From an uncultured Thermoanaerobaculia bacterium (GTDB lineage Bacteria; Acidobacteriota; Thermoanaerobaculia; Multivoradales; JAHEKO01): a stretch of 52,161 nt of DNA. The stretch spans positions 1-52,161 of the forward strand of contig CAYXXN010000001.1 of the NCBI GenBank assembly GCA_964469055.1. The letters run 5' to 3'. Positions within the stretch are counted from its first letter, which is position 1. Each line of letters begins with the position of its first letter. This document shows positions 8,945 through 17,776 of this stretch, piece by piece. The notes beneath the pieces are model-generated. The model was not told the origin of the DNA, did not search any database, and was given only the letters and a program-made list of their open reading frames with translations. A program made the translations under genes and the position numbers.

Positions 8945-9531
8945 CGGAGGGCGTCCGCCTCCGCGCCGGGCGGCTCAAGGGCAGGCTGCTGGCCATCGGG
9001 CCCGGCGTCCGGCCGACCGGCTCGCGCGTGCGCGAGGCCCTCTTCGACGTGCTCGGCCCGCGCATCGAGGGAGCCCGGGTGCTCGATCTCTTCGCCGGCT
9101 CGGGAGCCGTCGGCCTCGAGGCCCTGAGCCGCGGCGCCGCCGAGGTGTTCCTGGTGGAGGCCGATCCCCGGGTCGTACGCGTGCTCCGCCGGACGGCGGC
9201 CGCCTTCGCGCCTGGCTGCGCCCGCGTCGTCCGACTCCACCTGCCGGGCCAGCTGGGCCGCCTCGCGACGATCGCGCCGCGGGGTTTCGACCTCGTCTTC
9301 GCCGATCCACCCTATCGCTTCGATCGACATGTCGAGCTGCTGACGGATGCCACCTCCCTGCTCACCGGCCACGGCGTCTTCGTCCTGGAGCACGCCGCCG
9401 CGGACGAGGTGCCGGCGGCCGTCGGCGAGCTGGCGCGCACGGACGTGCGTCGCTACGGAGAGTCCTGTCTGTCCTTCTACGAGCGCTCGACGATCTCCTC
9501 GCCCACGGCCGGCTCGCAGCCGAGGAAGTAG
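8941..9531 (+). CDS. rsmD: 16S rRNA (guanine966-N2)-methyltransferase RsmD
   Basis: GTG 8941 (GTGA overlap). RPTGSRVREALFDVLG..VLDLFAGSGAVGLEALSRGA..VFADPPY..FVLEH.. are RsmD/N6-MTase motifs. The 3' end overlaps rex convergently by 55 nt. Confidence 0.85.
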   Translation: MTEGVRLRAGRLKGRLLAIGPGVRPTGSRVREALFDVLGPRIEGARVLDLFAGSGAVGLEALSRGAAEVFLVEADPRVVRVLRRTAAAFAPGCARVVRLHLPGQLGRLATIAPRGFDLVFADPPYRFDRHVELLTDATSLLTGHGVFVLEHAAADEVPAAVGELARTDVRRYGESCLSFYERSTISSPTAGSQPRK

Positions 9532-10136
9532 ACCAGCTCCTCGAGATAGATCCGCAGGTCGACCGTGCGGGTGCGCACGTGAGCGGCGCGTCGCAGCTGC
9601 ACGGGGGCGAAATTGAGCACCGAGCGCACGCCGGCGGCGACGAGCAGATCGTACGCCTCCTGGGCAGCAGAGGCCGGAACGGCGAGCACGCCGATCTCGG
9701 CGCCGTGCTGCCGTACGATCTGCGGCACCTCGCGAACGTGGAGAACGGTGAGCGGACCGACGACCGTGCCGACCTTGGTCTCGTCGACGTCGAACGTGCC
9801 CACGACCCGGAAGCTGCGGTGGTGGGTGGCGAAATGACGGGCAACGGCGGTTCCCAGCTGGCCCATGCCGACCACCACCAGGTTGTGGGATCGGTCGAGG
9901 CCGAGCAGGGAGCGCAGCCGCTCGACGAGATGATCGACGTCGTAGCCCACGCCGCGGATCCCGAACTCGCCGAATTGCGTGAGGTCCTTGCGGATTTGAG
10001 CCGCCGACAAGTCGAATCGAGTGGCGAGCTCGAGCGAAGAGATGCGAGTCATGCTCGCCCCCTGCAGCTCGCGCAAGCAGCGCAGGTAGACCGAAAGGCG
10101 GTTCAGCGTCAGGCAGGAAACGTCGGACGGCGGCAC
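9477..10136 (-). CDS. rex: Redox-sensing transcriptional repressor Rex
   Basis: 219 aa. RLSVYLRCL.., ISSLELA...AAQIRKDLTQFGEFGIRGVGYDV (winged helix) and Rossmann VVVGMGQLG. GTG start at 10136. Confidence 0.9.
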   Translation of the reverse strand: MPPSDVSCLTLNRLSVYLRCLRELQGASMTRISSLELATRFDLSAAQIRKDLTQFGEFGIRGVGYDVDHLVERLRSLLGLDRSHNLVVVGMGQLGTAVARHFATHHRSFRVVGTFDVDETKVGTVVGPLTVLHVREVPQIVRQHGAEIGVLAVPASAAQEAYDLLVAAGVRSVLNFAPVQLRRAAHVRTRTVDLRIYLEELVYFLGCEPAVGEEIVERS

Positions 10137-10160
10137 GGCGATTCTGTCACTTCAACGACG

Positions 10161-10185
10161 GCGCTTGCGCCTCCGGGCGCAGCGC
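10161..10185 (-). terminator. GC-rich hairpin downstream of tRNA-Leu(CAG); possible terminator or processing structure
   Basis: Minus-strand RNA GCGC-UGCGCC-CGGA-GGCGCA-A-GCGC folds into a 10-bp stem with one bulge. It is followed by CGUCGUUGAAG, which is only weakly U-rich. Confidence 0.25.
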
Positions 10186-10256
10186 GGAAGAATCCGACAG
10201 GCTTCGAACACGACAGGGATTCGCAGGAGGAGGACCCATCCGGAGTGTGGAGCAAC

Positions 10257-10345
10257 TGGTGCGAAAGGGGGGACTCGAACCCCCACGGCCTCAACGGCCA
10301 CAAGATCCTGAATCTTGCGCGTCTACCAGATTCCGCCACTTTCGC
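10257..10345 (-). tRNA. tRNA-Leu (anticodon CAG)
   Basis: The reverse complement reads GCGAAAGTGGCGGAATCTGGTAGACGCGCAAGATTCAGGATCTTGTGGCCGTTGAGGCCGTGGGGGTTCGAGTCCCCCCTTTCGCACCA. It has a 7-bp acceptor stem, anticodon loop TTCAGGA, a long variable arm, T-loop GGTTCGAGTCC and an encoded CCA. Confidence 0.93.
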
Positions 10346-10355
10346 GCGCCGGCGG

Positions 10356-10361
10356 ATTGTA
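10356..10361 (-). promoter_or_regulatory. Candidate -10 box (TACAAT) for tRNA-Leu(CAG)
   Basis: Perfect-looking TACAAT on the minus strand 10 nt upstream of the mature tRNA 5' end. No good -35 seen. Confidence 0.3.
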
Positions 10362-10368
10362 GCAGCCC

Positions 10369-12651
10369 GTGACGGCACGCCATAGAGGCGCCGGAGGCGA
10401 CGCGCCGCCGGCGAAGGAACAGGCGACGGCGAGCGCGACGTCGCGGGTCGCGGCGGCAACGGCGCTTCCCGGTGGCGAGGCGCTCGTCGTCGAGGCCGCG
10501 CGCGAGCGCCTGGCGGGCGCCGGGCGGCGGGGCCTCACGCTGGTGCAGCTGGCAGAGGCGTTGGCGCCTGCAGCAGGCCCGGACGAGGTCGAGGCGGCGC
10601 TCGGCGAGCTCGAGCGCGAGGGTTGGGCGGCGAGCTGGAACCGACGGTGGTTCGCGGTGCGCTGGACGGACTGGGTAGCGGGGAGAGTGCGCGCCACGCG
10701 CGGCGGCGACGCGCTCGTCGAGAGCGGGGCGGAGGGCGAGGCGGGATACTTCGTCAGCCGTCCGAACCTCAAGGGGGCACGCGACGGAGACCTGGTGCTG
10801 GTGCGGCCTCAGCGCCGGGGCCGGCCCCGACTCGGCAAGTTGCCCGAGGCGACGGTCCTCAAGGTGCTCGACACCCGGGCGGAGAGGTCGACGGGCCACT
10901 TGCGCAGCGACGGGAGGGAACGCTGGCTCGTGCCCTTCGACCCCCGCCGACAGCCGGAAGCGCTGGTGATGGACGACGCGGAGGGCCTCCCGGACGGAAC
11001 GTGGGTGGTCGTCGAGCTGGCCGCCGAAGGCGCCCGCGCCGGCCCCTTGCGCGGGCGAGTCGTCGAGACGCTGGGCACGCTGGACGAGCCCGGAACGGAC
11101 GTTCGCGTCATCCTTTCCCATTACGAGATCCCACAGGACTTCCCCTCCGGCCTGGTGGTGGCCGCGGCGGCCCTGCCGGCCGATCCCGCCGGGGACGACT
11201 TCGCGGGCCGCGAGGACCTGCGGCACGCCGTCATCTTCACCATCGACGGCGAGACGGCACGCGACTTCGACGACGCCATCGGCGTGGAGCGCCTGGCGGA
11301 CGGCTCGTTCCGGCTCGGCGTGCACATCGCGGACGTCGGCCACTACGTGCGCGAGGGCTCGCCCCTCGATCTCGAGGCCTACCGACGAGCGACCAGCGTC
11401 TACTTTCCCGACCGCGTCGTGCCCATGCTGCCGGAGGGGCTCTCCGATGGGCTGTGCTCGCTGCGCCCCGATGTACCCCGGCTCGCGCAGTCGGTGTTCC
11501 TCGAGTTCTCCCCGGACGGGACGGTGCGCGGGCGCCGATTCGCGGACACGGTGATCCGCAGCCGGCGCCGGCTGACCTACGGCGAGAGCCGCCGAGCGCT
11601 CGAGGAGCCGCGGCGAACGGACCGCGCCGAGTACGGGGAGGTGTTGCCCGCCCTCGAGACGGCGGCCGAGCTGATGCAGGTGCTCTACGGGCGGCGCCTG
11701 GAGCGCGGCTCGGTCGATTTCGATCTGCCGGAGGGAGACGTGATCCTGGACTCCGACGGGACCACGATCGGCGTCAAGCCCGGCGAGCGCAACGTCGCCC
11801 ACCGCATCATCGAGGAGTGCATGATCGCGGCCAACGAAGCCGTCGCTCAAGAGCTGTCGAGCCACGAATGCGTGGCGTTGTTCCGGGTGCATGATCCGCC
11901 CACCCCGGCCAGAGTGGAGGAGCTGCGCCAGCTCCTGCGTCCGTTCGGCCTCGAGCTGCCGACCGACCTCACCGTGCTCCACCCCAGCCACCTGCAACGC
12001 GTGCTGCAAAGCGTCGTTGGCAAGCCGGAGGAGGCCTTCGTCTCGACCGTCGTCCTGCGCACGCTGCAGCGCGCCGCCTATTCGCCCCAGGAGCGGGGGC
12101 ATTACGCGCTCGCCTCGCGCCACTACACGCATTTCACCTCTCCCATTCGGCGCTATCCGGACCTGTTGGTGCACCGCCGGCTGCGGGCCCTGCGGCGCAG
12201 CGCGGCGAGCGGCGAGGCGGCAGCGAGCAGGCTGGAGGAGCGTCTCCCGCGCCTCGCCGCTCACTGCAGCGCCAATGAACGCCGTGCGGAGCGCGCCGAA
12301 CGAGACCTTCTCCGCTGGAAGCTCGTGCGCTGGATGAGCGACCGGATCGGGGAGCGGTTCCGAGGCCGAGTCACGGGAGTGCAGCCTTTCGGCCTCTTCG
12401 TGCAGCTCGACGACCTCTTCGTGGATGGCCTCGTGCCGATCCAGACGCTCACCGACGACTTCTATTTGGTGGAGCTCGAGCAGCGCCGGCTGGTCGGGAG
12501 TCGCTCCGGCCGTGCCTTTCGCCTGGCGGACGCCGTCGAGATCGAGTTGGCGGGGGCGGACCCGCTGCGGCGAACGCTCGACCTGCGCATCGCCGATCTA
12601 CCGCCGGTGGCCCCGGAGCCGCGGGGCGCGCCGCCGCGCCGCCGCCGCTGA
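10369..12651 (+). CDS. rnr: Ribonuclease R
   Basis: 760 aa. N-terminal winged-helix-like region, RNB catalytic motifs (FTIDGETARDFDDAIGVE.., ..VYFPDRVVPMLPE..), C-terminal S1 domain (FRGRVTGVQPFGLFVQL) and a basic tail. GTG 10369 is the only canonical start upstream of the HTH region. Confidence 0.9.
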   Translation: MTARHRGAGGDAPPAKEQATASATSRVAAATALPGGEALVVEAARERLAGAGRRGLTLVQLAEALAPAAGPDEVEAALGELEREGWAASWNRRWFAVRWTDWVAGRVRATRGGDALVESGAEGEAGYFVSRPNLKGARDGDLVLVRPQRRGRPRLGKLPEATVLKVLDTRAERSTGHLRSDGRERWLVPFDPRRQPEALVMDDAEGLPDGTWVVVELAAEGARAGPLRGRVVETLGTLDEPGTDVRVILSHYEIPQDFPSGLVVAAAALPADPAGDDFAGREDLRHAVIFTIDGETARDFDDAIGVERLADGSFRLGVHIADVGHYVREGSPLDLEAYRRATSVYFPDRVVPMLPEGLSDGLCSLRPDVPRLAQSVFLEFSPDGTVRGRRFADTVIRSRRRLTYGESRRALEEPRRTDRAEYGEVLPALETAAELMQVLYGRRLERGSVDFDLPEGDVILDSDGTTIGVKPGERNVAHRIIEECMIAANEAVAQELSSHECVALFRVHDPPTPARVEELRQLLRPFGLELPTDLTVLHPSHLQRVLQSVVGKPEEAFVSTVVLRTLQRAAYSPQERGHYALASRHYTHFTSPIRRYPDLLVHRRLRALRRSAASGEAAASRLEERLPRLAAHCSANERRAERAERDLLRWKLVRWMSDRIGERFRGRVTGVQPFGLFVQLDDLFVDGLVPIQTLTDDFYLVELEQRRLVGSRSGRAFRLADAVEIELAGADPLRRTLDLRIADLPPVAPEPRGAPPRRRR

Positions 12652-12765
12652 GCCCCGACCGTCCCTTGCTAGACTGGCGCCGTATGGGTCGCCACGCCCT
12701 CGAGCCACGGGCGCTTCGCGCCGGACGCCTCCTCCTCCGCGCCACGGCCGAGTGAGGGGGGCGTC

Positions 12766-14058
12766 GTGTCTTCGCCGACGGTCGCCATCGTCGGGCGTCC
12801 CAACGTCGGCAAGTCGACCCTGTTCAACCGACTGATGGGGAGGCGGCAGGCGATCGTCCACGACCTGCCCGGGGTGACCCGGGACCGCGTCAGTGGTCTG
12901 GCGAGCGTCGACGGGCGCAGCCTGCACCTGGTGGACACGGGCGGGCTCCTCGTTGGAGACGACGAGCTCGGCATCAACCGGCAGGTCATGCAGGCGGTCG
13001 CTCTGAGCGACCTCGTGCTGCTGGTCGTCGACGGGAGCGCGGGCCCGCTGCCCGCCGACCAGCACGTGCGGGATGCGCTGCGGCCGTTCGGCAAGCCGAC
13101 CGTGCTGGTGATCAACAAGGGTGACACGCGGGCGGCCCGCGACGGCTTTCACGAGTTCAGCCGCCTCGGCGTGGAGCCGCGCATCCTGTTGTCGGCCGAG
13201 CATGGCGAGGGGCTGCCGGAACTGCGCCGGGTCATCCTCGATCGCGTGCCCGTGGCCGCCGAGGCCGAGCGTTCCACGGCTCCGCGCTTGGCGATCGTGG
13301 GCCGTCCCAACGTCGGCAAGTCGTCGATCTTGAACCGCCTGGTGGGGGAGGAGCGGGCTCTCGTCGCGGCCACGCCCGGCACCACCCGCGACCCCGTCGA
13401 CTCCCTGGTGGTGCGTTCCGGCCGCTCCTACCTCTGGATCGACACGGCCGGCATCCGCCGGCGCAGCAAGACGGCCGACGGCGCGGAGGCCCTCGCCGTC
13501 CTGATGGCGAGCCGCCAGGTGGAGGCCGCGGAGGTCGCCCTGCTCGTGCTCGACGCTTCCCAAGGCGTCACCTCGGGTGACCTCGCGATCGCCGACTCGA
13601 TCCGCGAGCTGGGGCGCGCCGCCGTCGTGGCGGTCAACAAGTGGGACCTGCTGGACGAAGCGGCCCGGGTCCGCCTCGAGGCGAGCTGGGAGCGGCTCGA
13701 CGAGCTGCTCGGCGGCCCGCGGCGCGTCAATGTCGCGGCGACGACCGGGCGAGGTCTGGAGAAGCTCTACCCGGCGATCGATGAAACCTTGGCCGCTTTC
13801 CGCCTCGAGGTTTCCACCGGGGAACTCAACCGCATCCTGGAACGGGCCGTCGCGGCGCGCCACCCCCCGGCCAGTCGGGGAAGGCCATGGAAGCTCTATT
13901 ACGCCACCCAGGTGGCGACGGGCCCGCCCACCTTCATGCTGTTCGCGAATCGGACGCTGCCGCGCGCCACGGCGTATCGCCGCTACCTGGAGCGCGCGCT
14001 GCGCGAGGCGCTCCTGCTGCGCGGCGTCCCGGTGCGGCTCGTCCTGCGGCGACGGTAG
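12766..14058 (+). CDS. der: Ribosome-associated GTPase Der (EngA)
   Basis: 430 aa with two tandem GTPase domains ([14 protein letters not shown] and [14 protein letters not shown]; DTGG/DTAG; NKGD/NKWD) plus a KH-like C-terminus. Confidence 0.93.
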   Translation: MSSPTVAIVGRPNVGKSTLFNRLMGRRQAIVHDLPGVTRDRVSGLASVDGRSLHLVDTGGLLVGDDELGINRQVMQAVALSDLVLLVVDGSAGPLPADQHVRDALRPFGKPTVLVINKGDTRAARDGFHEFSRLGVEPRILLSAEHGEGLPELRRVILDRVPVAAEAERSTAPRLAIVGRPNVGKSSILNRLVGEERALVAATPGTTRDPVDSLVVRSGRSYLWIDTAGIRRRSKTADGAEALAVLMASRQVEAAEVALLVLDASQGVTSGDLAIADSIRELGRAAVVAVNKWDLLDEAARVRLEASWERLDELLGGPRRVNVAATTGRGLEKLYPAIDETLAAFRLEVSTGELNRILERAVAARHPPASRGRPWKLYYATQVATGPPTFMLFANRTLPRATAYRRYLERALREALLLRGVPVRLVLRRR

Positions 14059-14197
14059 CGGCGGCGGGGAGCTGAAGGGCGGGACGGAAAAGCGCCTTGA
14101 CGGCCGTCGGCTCGGCCGTGTAGCTTCAACCAGTACCTTTGAGATTCTGCTTGAGGTTTGTGTCCCTGGCGGCCCCTCGGGGGTCGCGCCGCCGGCC

Positions 14198-14521
14198 ATG
14201 AAGATGCAGCGCAGATCGGGCACCTCGACCACCAAGGCGGACCTCGTGGACCTCGTCTACCGTACTCACGGGGGCCTCACCAAGCACGAAGCTACGGAAG
14301 TCGTCGAGAGCATCCTCCGCCACTTGAAGACCAACCTCCTGGCCGGCAAGTCGGTCAAGATCCACAACTTCGGGGTCTTCGAGGTGGTGCCGCGGCGGGG
14401 CCGAGTGGGAGTAGACCCGGCCAGCGGGGAGCGCATCTTCATTCCCGCGCGGCGCGGCCTCGCCTTCCGTCCAGCCGATCGCCTGAAGCGCGAGCTGGCC
14501 CCGAGCGACGACGAGAGTTGA
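14198..14521 (+). CDS. ihfA: Integration host factor alpha-like / HU family DNA-binding protein
   Basis: ATG 14198; 107 aa. ..TKADLVDLVY...GLTKHEATEVVESILRHLKTNLLAGKSVKIHNFGVFEVVPRRGRVGVDPASGERIFIPARRGLAFRPADRLK matches the IHF/HU fold including the beta-arm Pro. Confidence 0.85.
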   Translation: MKMQRRSGTSTTKADLVDLVYRTHGGLTKHEATEVVESILRHLKTNLLAGKSVKIHNFGVFEVVPRRGRVGVDPASGERIFIPARRGLAFRPADRLKRELAPSDDES

Positions 14522-14528
14522 CGGTCCC

Positions 14529-15002
14529 GTGGCCAAGAAGCTCTTCTACAAGATCGGCGAGGCCTGCAAGCAGCTGGACATCCAGCCCTACGTGCTGCGC
14601 TACTGGGAGACCGAGTTCGCGGCCCTCTCGCCGAGCAAGAGCCGCTCCGGCCAGCGCGTCTACAGCGAAGACGATCTGCGGATGATCCGGCGGATCAAGG
14701 AGCTCCTCTACGACGAGGGATTCACCATCGCCGGCGCCAAGAAGCGACTGGAGGCGGAGGTGGCGGCGGGCGGACCGAAGGTCCGCGCCCTGCACGCCGT
14801 GCCCGTGCACGAGCCAGACCAGCCCCTCGACGAACCGGACACTGTGGAGGCCGCGTCCGAGGACACGCTCGCCGAGGTAGTGGTGGAAGCGACCGGCGAG
14901 GCTGGCCTCGCCGACGATCGGCTTCGGGAAGGCCTGGCTCGAGCGCTGCGCCAGGCGCGCGAGATCCTCGCTCTGCTGGGTCCCGCGTCTTCCCCCCGCT
15001 AG
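14529..15002 (+). CDS. MerR family transcriptional regulator
   Basis: 157 aa. N-terminal MerR HTH (YKIGEACKQLDIQPYVLRYWETEF...RSGQRVYSEDDLRMIRRIKELLYDEGFTIAGAKKRL). ihfA-merR adjacency is a common conserved pair. Confidence 0.85.
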   Translation: MAKKLFYKIGEACKQLDIQPYVLRYWETEFAALSPSKSRSGQRVYSEDDLRMIRRIKELLYDEGFTIAGAKKRLEAEVAAGGPKVRALHAVPVHEPDQPLDEPDTVEAASEDTLAEVVVEATGEAGLADDRLREGLARALRQAREILALLGPASSPR

Positions 15003-15031
15003 GCCCCTCCGGTACACTCTGGCGTCCCGGT

Positions 15032-15108
15032 CGGGACGTGGCGCAGCCTGGTAGCGCACCTGAATGGGGTTCAGGGGGTCGCGAGTTCAAATCTCGCCGT
15101 CCCGACCA
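15032..15108 (+). tRNA. tRNA-Pro (anticodon GGG)
   Basis: CGGGACGTGGCGCAGCCTGGTAGCGCACCTGAATGGGGTTCAGGGGGTCGCGAGTTCAAATCTCGCCGTCCCGACCA. Cloverleaf with acceptor CGGGACG/CGTCCCG, anticodon loop ATGGGGT, T-loop GTTCAAATC and an encoded CCA. Confidence 0.93.
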
Positions 15109-15125
15109 GCCAACTCCCCCTAGCG

Positions 15126-15596
15126 ATGAGCGAGATGCGCGAGATCACCGGCCGGCTGGACGGCACGGGCAAGCGCTTCGGCGTCGTCGCTTCGCGTTTC
15201 AACGAGCGCATCGTCGAACGGCTGGTGACAGGCGCCCTCGACACCCTCCGCCGGCACGGCGCCGAGGAGATCGAGGTCGTTCGGGTCCCCGGCGCCTGGG
15301 AGATTCCAGCGGCGCTGGAGGAGCTGGCGGCCGCCGGTCGCCACGACGCCTTGATCGCGCTGGGAGCCGTCCTGCGCGGCGAGACGCCGCATTTCGATTT
15401 GCTCAGCGCCGAGGCCAGCCGGGGCATCGCTCGGGTGGCCGGCACCTATCGCGTGCCCATCGGCTTCGGCCTCCTGACCTGCGACACCGCCCGGCAGGCC
15501 GAGGAGCGCTCCGGCGGCAAGGCGGGCAACAAGGGCAGGGAGGCCGCGCTCGCCGCCCTCGAGATGGCCGACGTCGTGCGGCAGCTGCGCAGGTGA
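15126..15596 (+). CDS. ribH: 6,7-dimethyl-8-ribityllumazine synthase
   Basis: 156 aa. ..FGVVASRFNERIVERL..VPGAWEIPAA..ALIALGAVLRGETPHFD..FGLLTCDT..QA..R.G.KAGNKG.EAA are RibH hallmarks. Confidence 0.93.
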   Translation: MSEMREITGRLDGTGKRFGVVASRFNERIVERLVTGALDTLRRHGAEEIEVVRVPGAWEIPAALEELAAAGRHDALIALGAVLRGETPHFDLLSAEASRGIARVAGTYRVPIGFGLLTCDTARQAEERSGGKAGNKGREAALAALEMADVVRQLRR

Positions 15597-16069
15597 CGAA
15601 GCGGCGCCGTGGGCGCGAGATGGCGATGCAAATGCTCTACCAGAGCGAGCTCGGGGGCTGGAACGCGCAGCAAGTCCTGGCCCGCTTCGATGCTGCCGAG
15701 CTCACCGCCTCCGAAGGCGCGGAGAGCGAGCTCGAGGCAGAGCCCTTGGAGCTCGCGCAGGTCAACGAAGCGTTCGCGTACGCCCGCTTCCTCGTCACGG
15801 GAACCCTCGAGCGCCGCGCGCAGATCGACGAGCTCATCACCAGCCAGGCGGAGAACTGGCGGCTGGAGCGCATGCCGGTCGTCGACCGCAACATCTTGCG
15901 GCTCGCCGTCTTCGAGATGCTCGTCGAGCACGACGTCCCCAAGGTCGTCGTCCTCGACGAGGCCATCGAGCTGGCGAAGAAATACGGTGCCGAGCAGTCG
16001 GGAGCCTTCGTCAACGGGCTGCTCGACGGCCTGTTGAAGGCGAGGGTGTTTCCGGGGAGAATGACTTGA
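15593..16069 (+). CDS. nusB: Transcription antitermination factor NusB
   Basis: GTG 15593 overlaps the ribH stop (GTGA). ..RRRGREMAMQMLYQ.. N-terminus and ..VDRNILRLAVFEML...VPKVVVLDEAIELAKKYGAEQSGAFVNGLLD.. are typical NusB. ribH-nusB synteny is classical. Confidence 0.9.
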   Translation: MTKRRRGREMAMQMLYQSELGGWNAQQVLARFDAAELTASEGAESELEAEPLELAQVNEAFAYARFLVTGTLERRAQIDELITSQAENWRLERMPVVDRNILRLAVFEMLVEHDVPKVVVLDEAIELAKKYGAEQSGAFVNGLLDGLLKARVFPGRMT

Positions 16070-16100
16070 TGGGTCGCTGCTCTCCCGAGAAAGGAATCCA

Positions 16101-16616
16101 GTGAACCGCCGTTCTCTCGCGCTCGTCTGCGTCCTCCTCGACGGCTGCGGCTACGGCCTCGTGGGACGCACCAGCAGCCTGCCGCCCGACATCGAGGAGA
16201 TCTACATCCAACCGCTGTCGAACCGTACCCTGAGGGAGCAGATCGATCAGGAGTTCACCCGCGCCATCACCAACGAGTTCCTGCGGCGGCCGCGGTTCAA
16301 GATCGTCAACACCGCCAACGAGGCCGACGCCGTCCTGACCGGAGAGGTGTCGAACTTCCAGGTGCGTGCCGTGTTGTTCGGCGCCGAGGACGAGGGCCGC
16401 GCCCGCGAGTACGAGATCCTGGTGTTGGCGAGGATGGAGTTTCGGCGCAGCGGCACCGAAGAGGTGATCTGGCAGCAACCCTTCTACCAGTTCCGTGAGA
16501 ACTACACCTTCGACCTGGACCCGCTGAGCTTCACCGACCGCGAGGACCTCGCCGTGCTCGAGGTGGCCGACGAGTTCGCGGAAACGCTGGTGATCGATAT
16601 CCTGGAAGGGTTCTAG
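16101..16616 (+). CDS. lptE: LPS-assembly lipoprotein LptE-like
   Basis: 171 aa. Lipobox VLLDGC followed by GYGLVGRTSSLPPDIEEIYIQPLSNRT... and ...ADAVLTGEVSNF.., a pattern I recognise from LptE. Assignment is by similarity pattern only. Confidence 0.6.
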   Translation: MNRRSLALVCVLLDGCGYGLVGRTSSLPPDIEEIYIQPLSNRTLREQIDQEFTRAITNEFLRRPRFKIVNTANEADAVLTGEVSNFQVRAVLFGAEDEGRAREYEILVLARMEFRRSGTEEVIWQQPFYQFRENYTFDLDPLSFTDREDLAVLEVADEFAETLVIDILEGF

Positions 16617-16876
16617 CCGAGCCGGGTCACGGCCTTGGTCAGCCGTGACTTGGTACGCGCCGCCGCGTTGGCGTGAACGATGCCCTTCTGCGCCGTCGCG
16701 TCGACGACGCCGAGCGTCTCCGGCAGGGTCGCTCGCGCCGTCGCGCCGTCGCCGCTGGCGATGGCGGCGCGCAGCTTCTTGACCGCGGAGCGCATCGCCG
16801 AGCGCTGGGCGCGGTTGCGGATCTGCCGCTGGCGCGACTGCCGATTCTTCTTCTCGGCGGAGGGGTTGTTCGCCAT
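16613..16876 (-). CDS. rpsT: 30S ribosomal protein S20
   Basis: 87 aa. MANNPSAEKKNRQSRQRQIRNRAQRSAMRSAVKK.. is the canonical S20 N-terminus. GAGAGGAAG Shine-Dalgarno upstream. Confidence 0.95.
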   Translation of the reverse strand: MANNPSAEKKNRQSRQRQIRNRAQRSAMRSAVKKLRAAIASGDGATARATLPETLGVVDATAQKGIVHANAAARTKSRLTKAVTRLG

Positions 16877-16930
16877 CCTGCTTCCTCTCTCGCGCCCGGG
16901 CGCGAAGAACGCGGCAGTCTAGCCGCTCGC

Positions 16931-17776
16931 CTAGCCGGCGTCAACGCCCAGATCGCGCAGGCGCTGGCGGGCCAGGTTCGCCTCGTCCGAACCGGGATAG
17001 GAGCGCACGACGCTGCGCAGCTGCCCGACACCCTGGTCCCGTTGGCCCAACTGCAGGTAGGAGTAGCCCTTCTTGAGCAGGGCACTCGCCATCTTGTCGC
17101 TCCGCGGATAGCGCACCACGATGCGATCGAACTCGCGGATCGCCTGATCGTAGCGGCCCTGGCTGTAGAGGCTCTCGCCGACCCAGTAGGCGGCGTTGTC
17201 GGAGAGCTCGGTATCGGCGTAGGAGTCGAGATACTGCCGGAAGCCCATGATCGCGAGGTCGTAGCTGCCGCGCAGGTAGTCGTTGTACGCCGCCTGATAG
17301 AGCTTCTGCGGATCCGAGGGCGGGGGCAGAGCGCCGGGCGGCCCGCTCTCCGCCGCGCCGCCCCGGGTGTCCCGCAGCTGCTGATTGGTGGTCGCGATCT
17401 GTTGGGAGAGGTCGTTGAGCCGGAAATCCGTATCGGCGAGGTTCGACTGCAGCTCGTCGATCTGCGTCGAAAGCTGCTCCAAGGCGACCTGCATGTCAGC
17501 GGCCGAACGCCGGAAGGCGTCGGTCTGCGCGCCGATCTGGCTGCCGAGCTGAGAGACTTCCTCCTTGCTCGAGACCTGCTGCTGCAGGTAGAGCACTTGG
17601 CGTTGGATCTCCGTGAGCTGACGATGCAGCTCGTCGATGTCCGAGCTGCTCACACAGCCGATCAGCGGCAGGCTGACCAGCCATACCCACCCCGTGCCTG
17701 GCGCGAGCCCGCCGGCCCGAGCCCTCAGGAGCGGCCGGTGATCAGGAACGTCGCCCGCCGGTTGAGCCGCCAGCAC
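16931..17776 (-). CDS. cpoB: Tol-Pal system protein CpoB/YbgF (coiled coil + TPR)
   Basis: C-terminal TPR block (YQAAYNDYLRGSYDLAIMGFRQYLDSYADTELSDNAAYWVGESLYSQGRYDQAIREF..VVRYPRSDKMASALLKKGYSYLQLGQ..) and a Gln-rich coiled coil. Lipobox-like SLPLIGC. Last gene of the tol-pal cluster. Start uncertain: GTG 17776 (48 nt inside pal) or CTG 17728 (CTGA overlap with the pal stop). Confidence 0.8.
   Translation of the reverse strand: MLAAQPAGDVPDHRPLLRARAGGLAPGTGWVWLVSLPLIGCVSSSDIDELHRQLTEIQRQVLYLQQQVSSKEEVSQLGSQIGAQTDAFRRSAADMQVALEQLSTQIDELQSNLADTDFRLNDLSQQIATTNQQLRDTRGGAAESGPPGALPPPSDPQKLYQAAYNDYLRGSYDLAIMGFRQYLDSYADTELSDNAAYWVGESLYSQGRYDQAIREFDRIVVRYPRSDKMASALLKKGYSYLQLGQRDQGVGQLRSVVRSYPGSDEANLARQRLRDLGVDAG

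Noticed and set aside
10137-10256. Search for a Rex operator (TTGTGAA-N-TTCACAA type) upstream of rex and elsewhere
   Set aside because: No inverted TGTGA/TCACA pair was found by eye in this or other intergenic regions. Only the half-site-like ATTCTGTCA was noted, and it appears under the palindrome finding.
16890-16905. 16-nt GC palindrome TCGCGCCCGGGCGCGA between cpoB and rpsT
   Set aside because: It is short and would give only a 6-bp stem with a 4-nt loop and no U-tract. Such palindromes are common by chance in GC-rich DNA containing CCCGGG. It is at most a weak hairpin in the rpsT leader.
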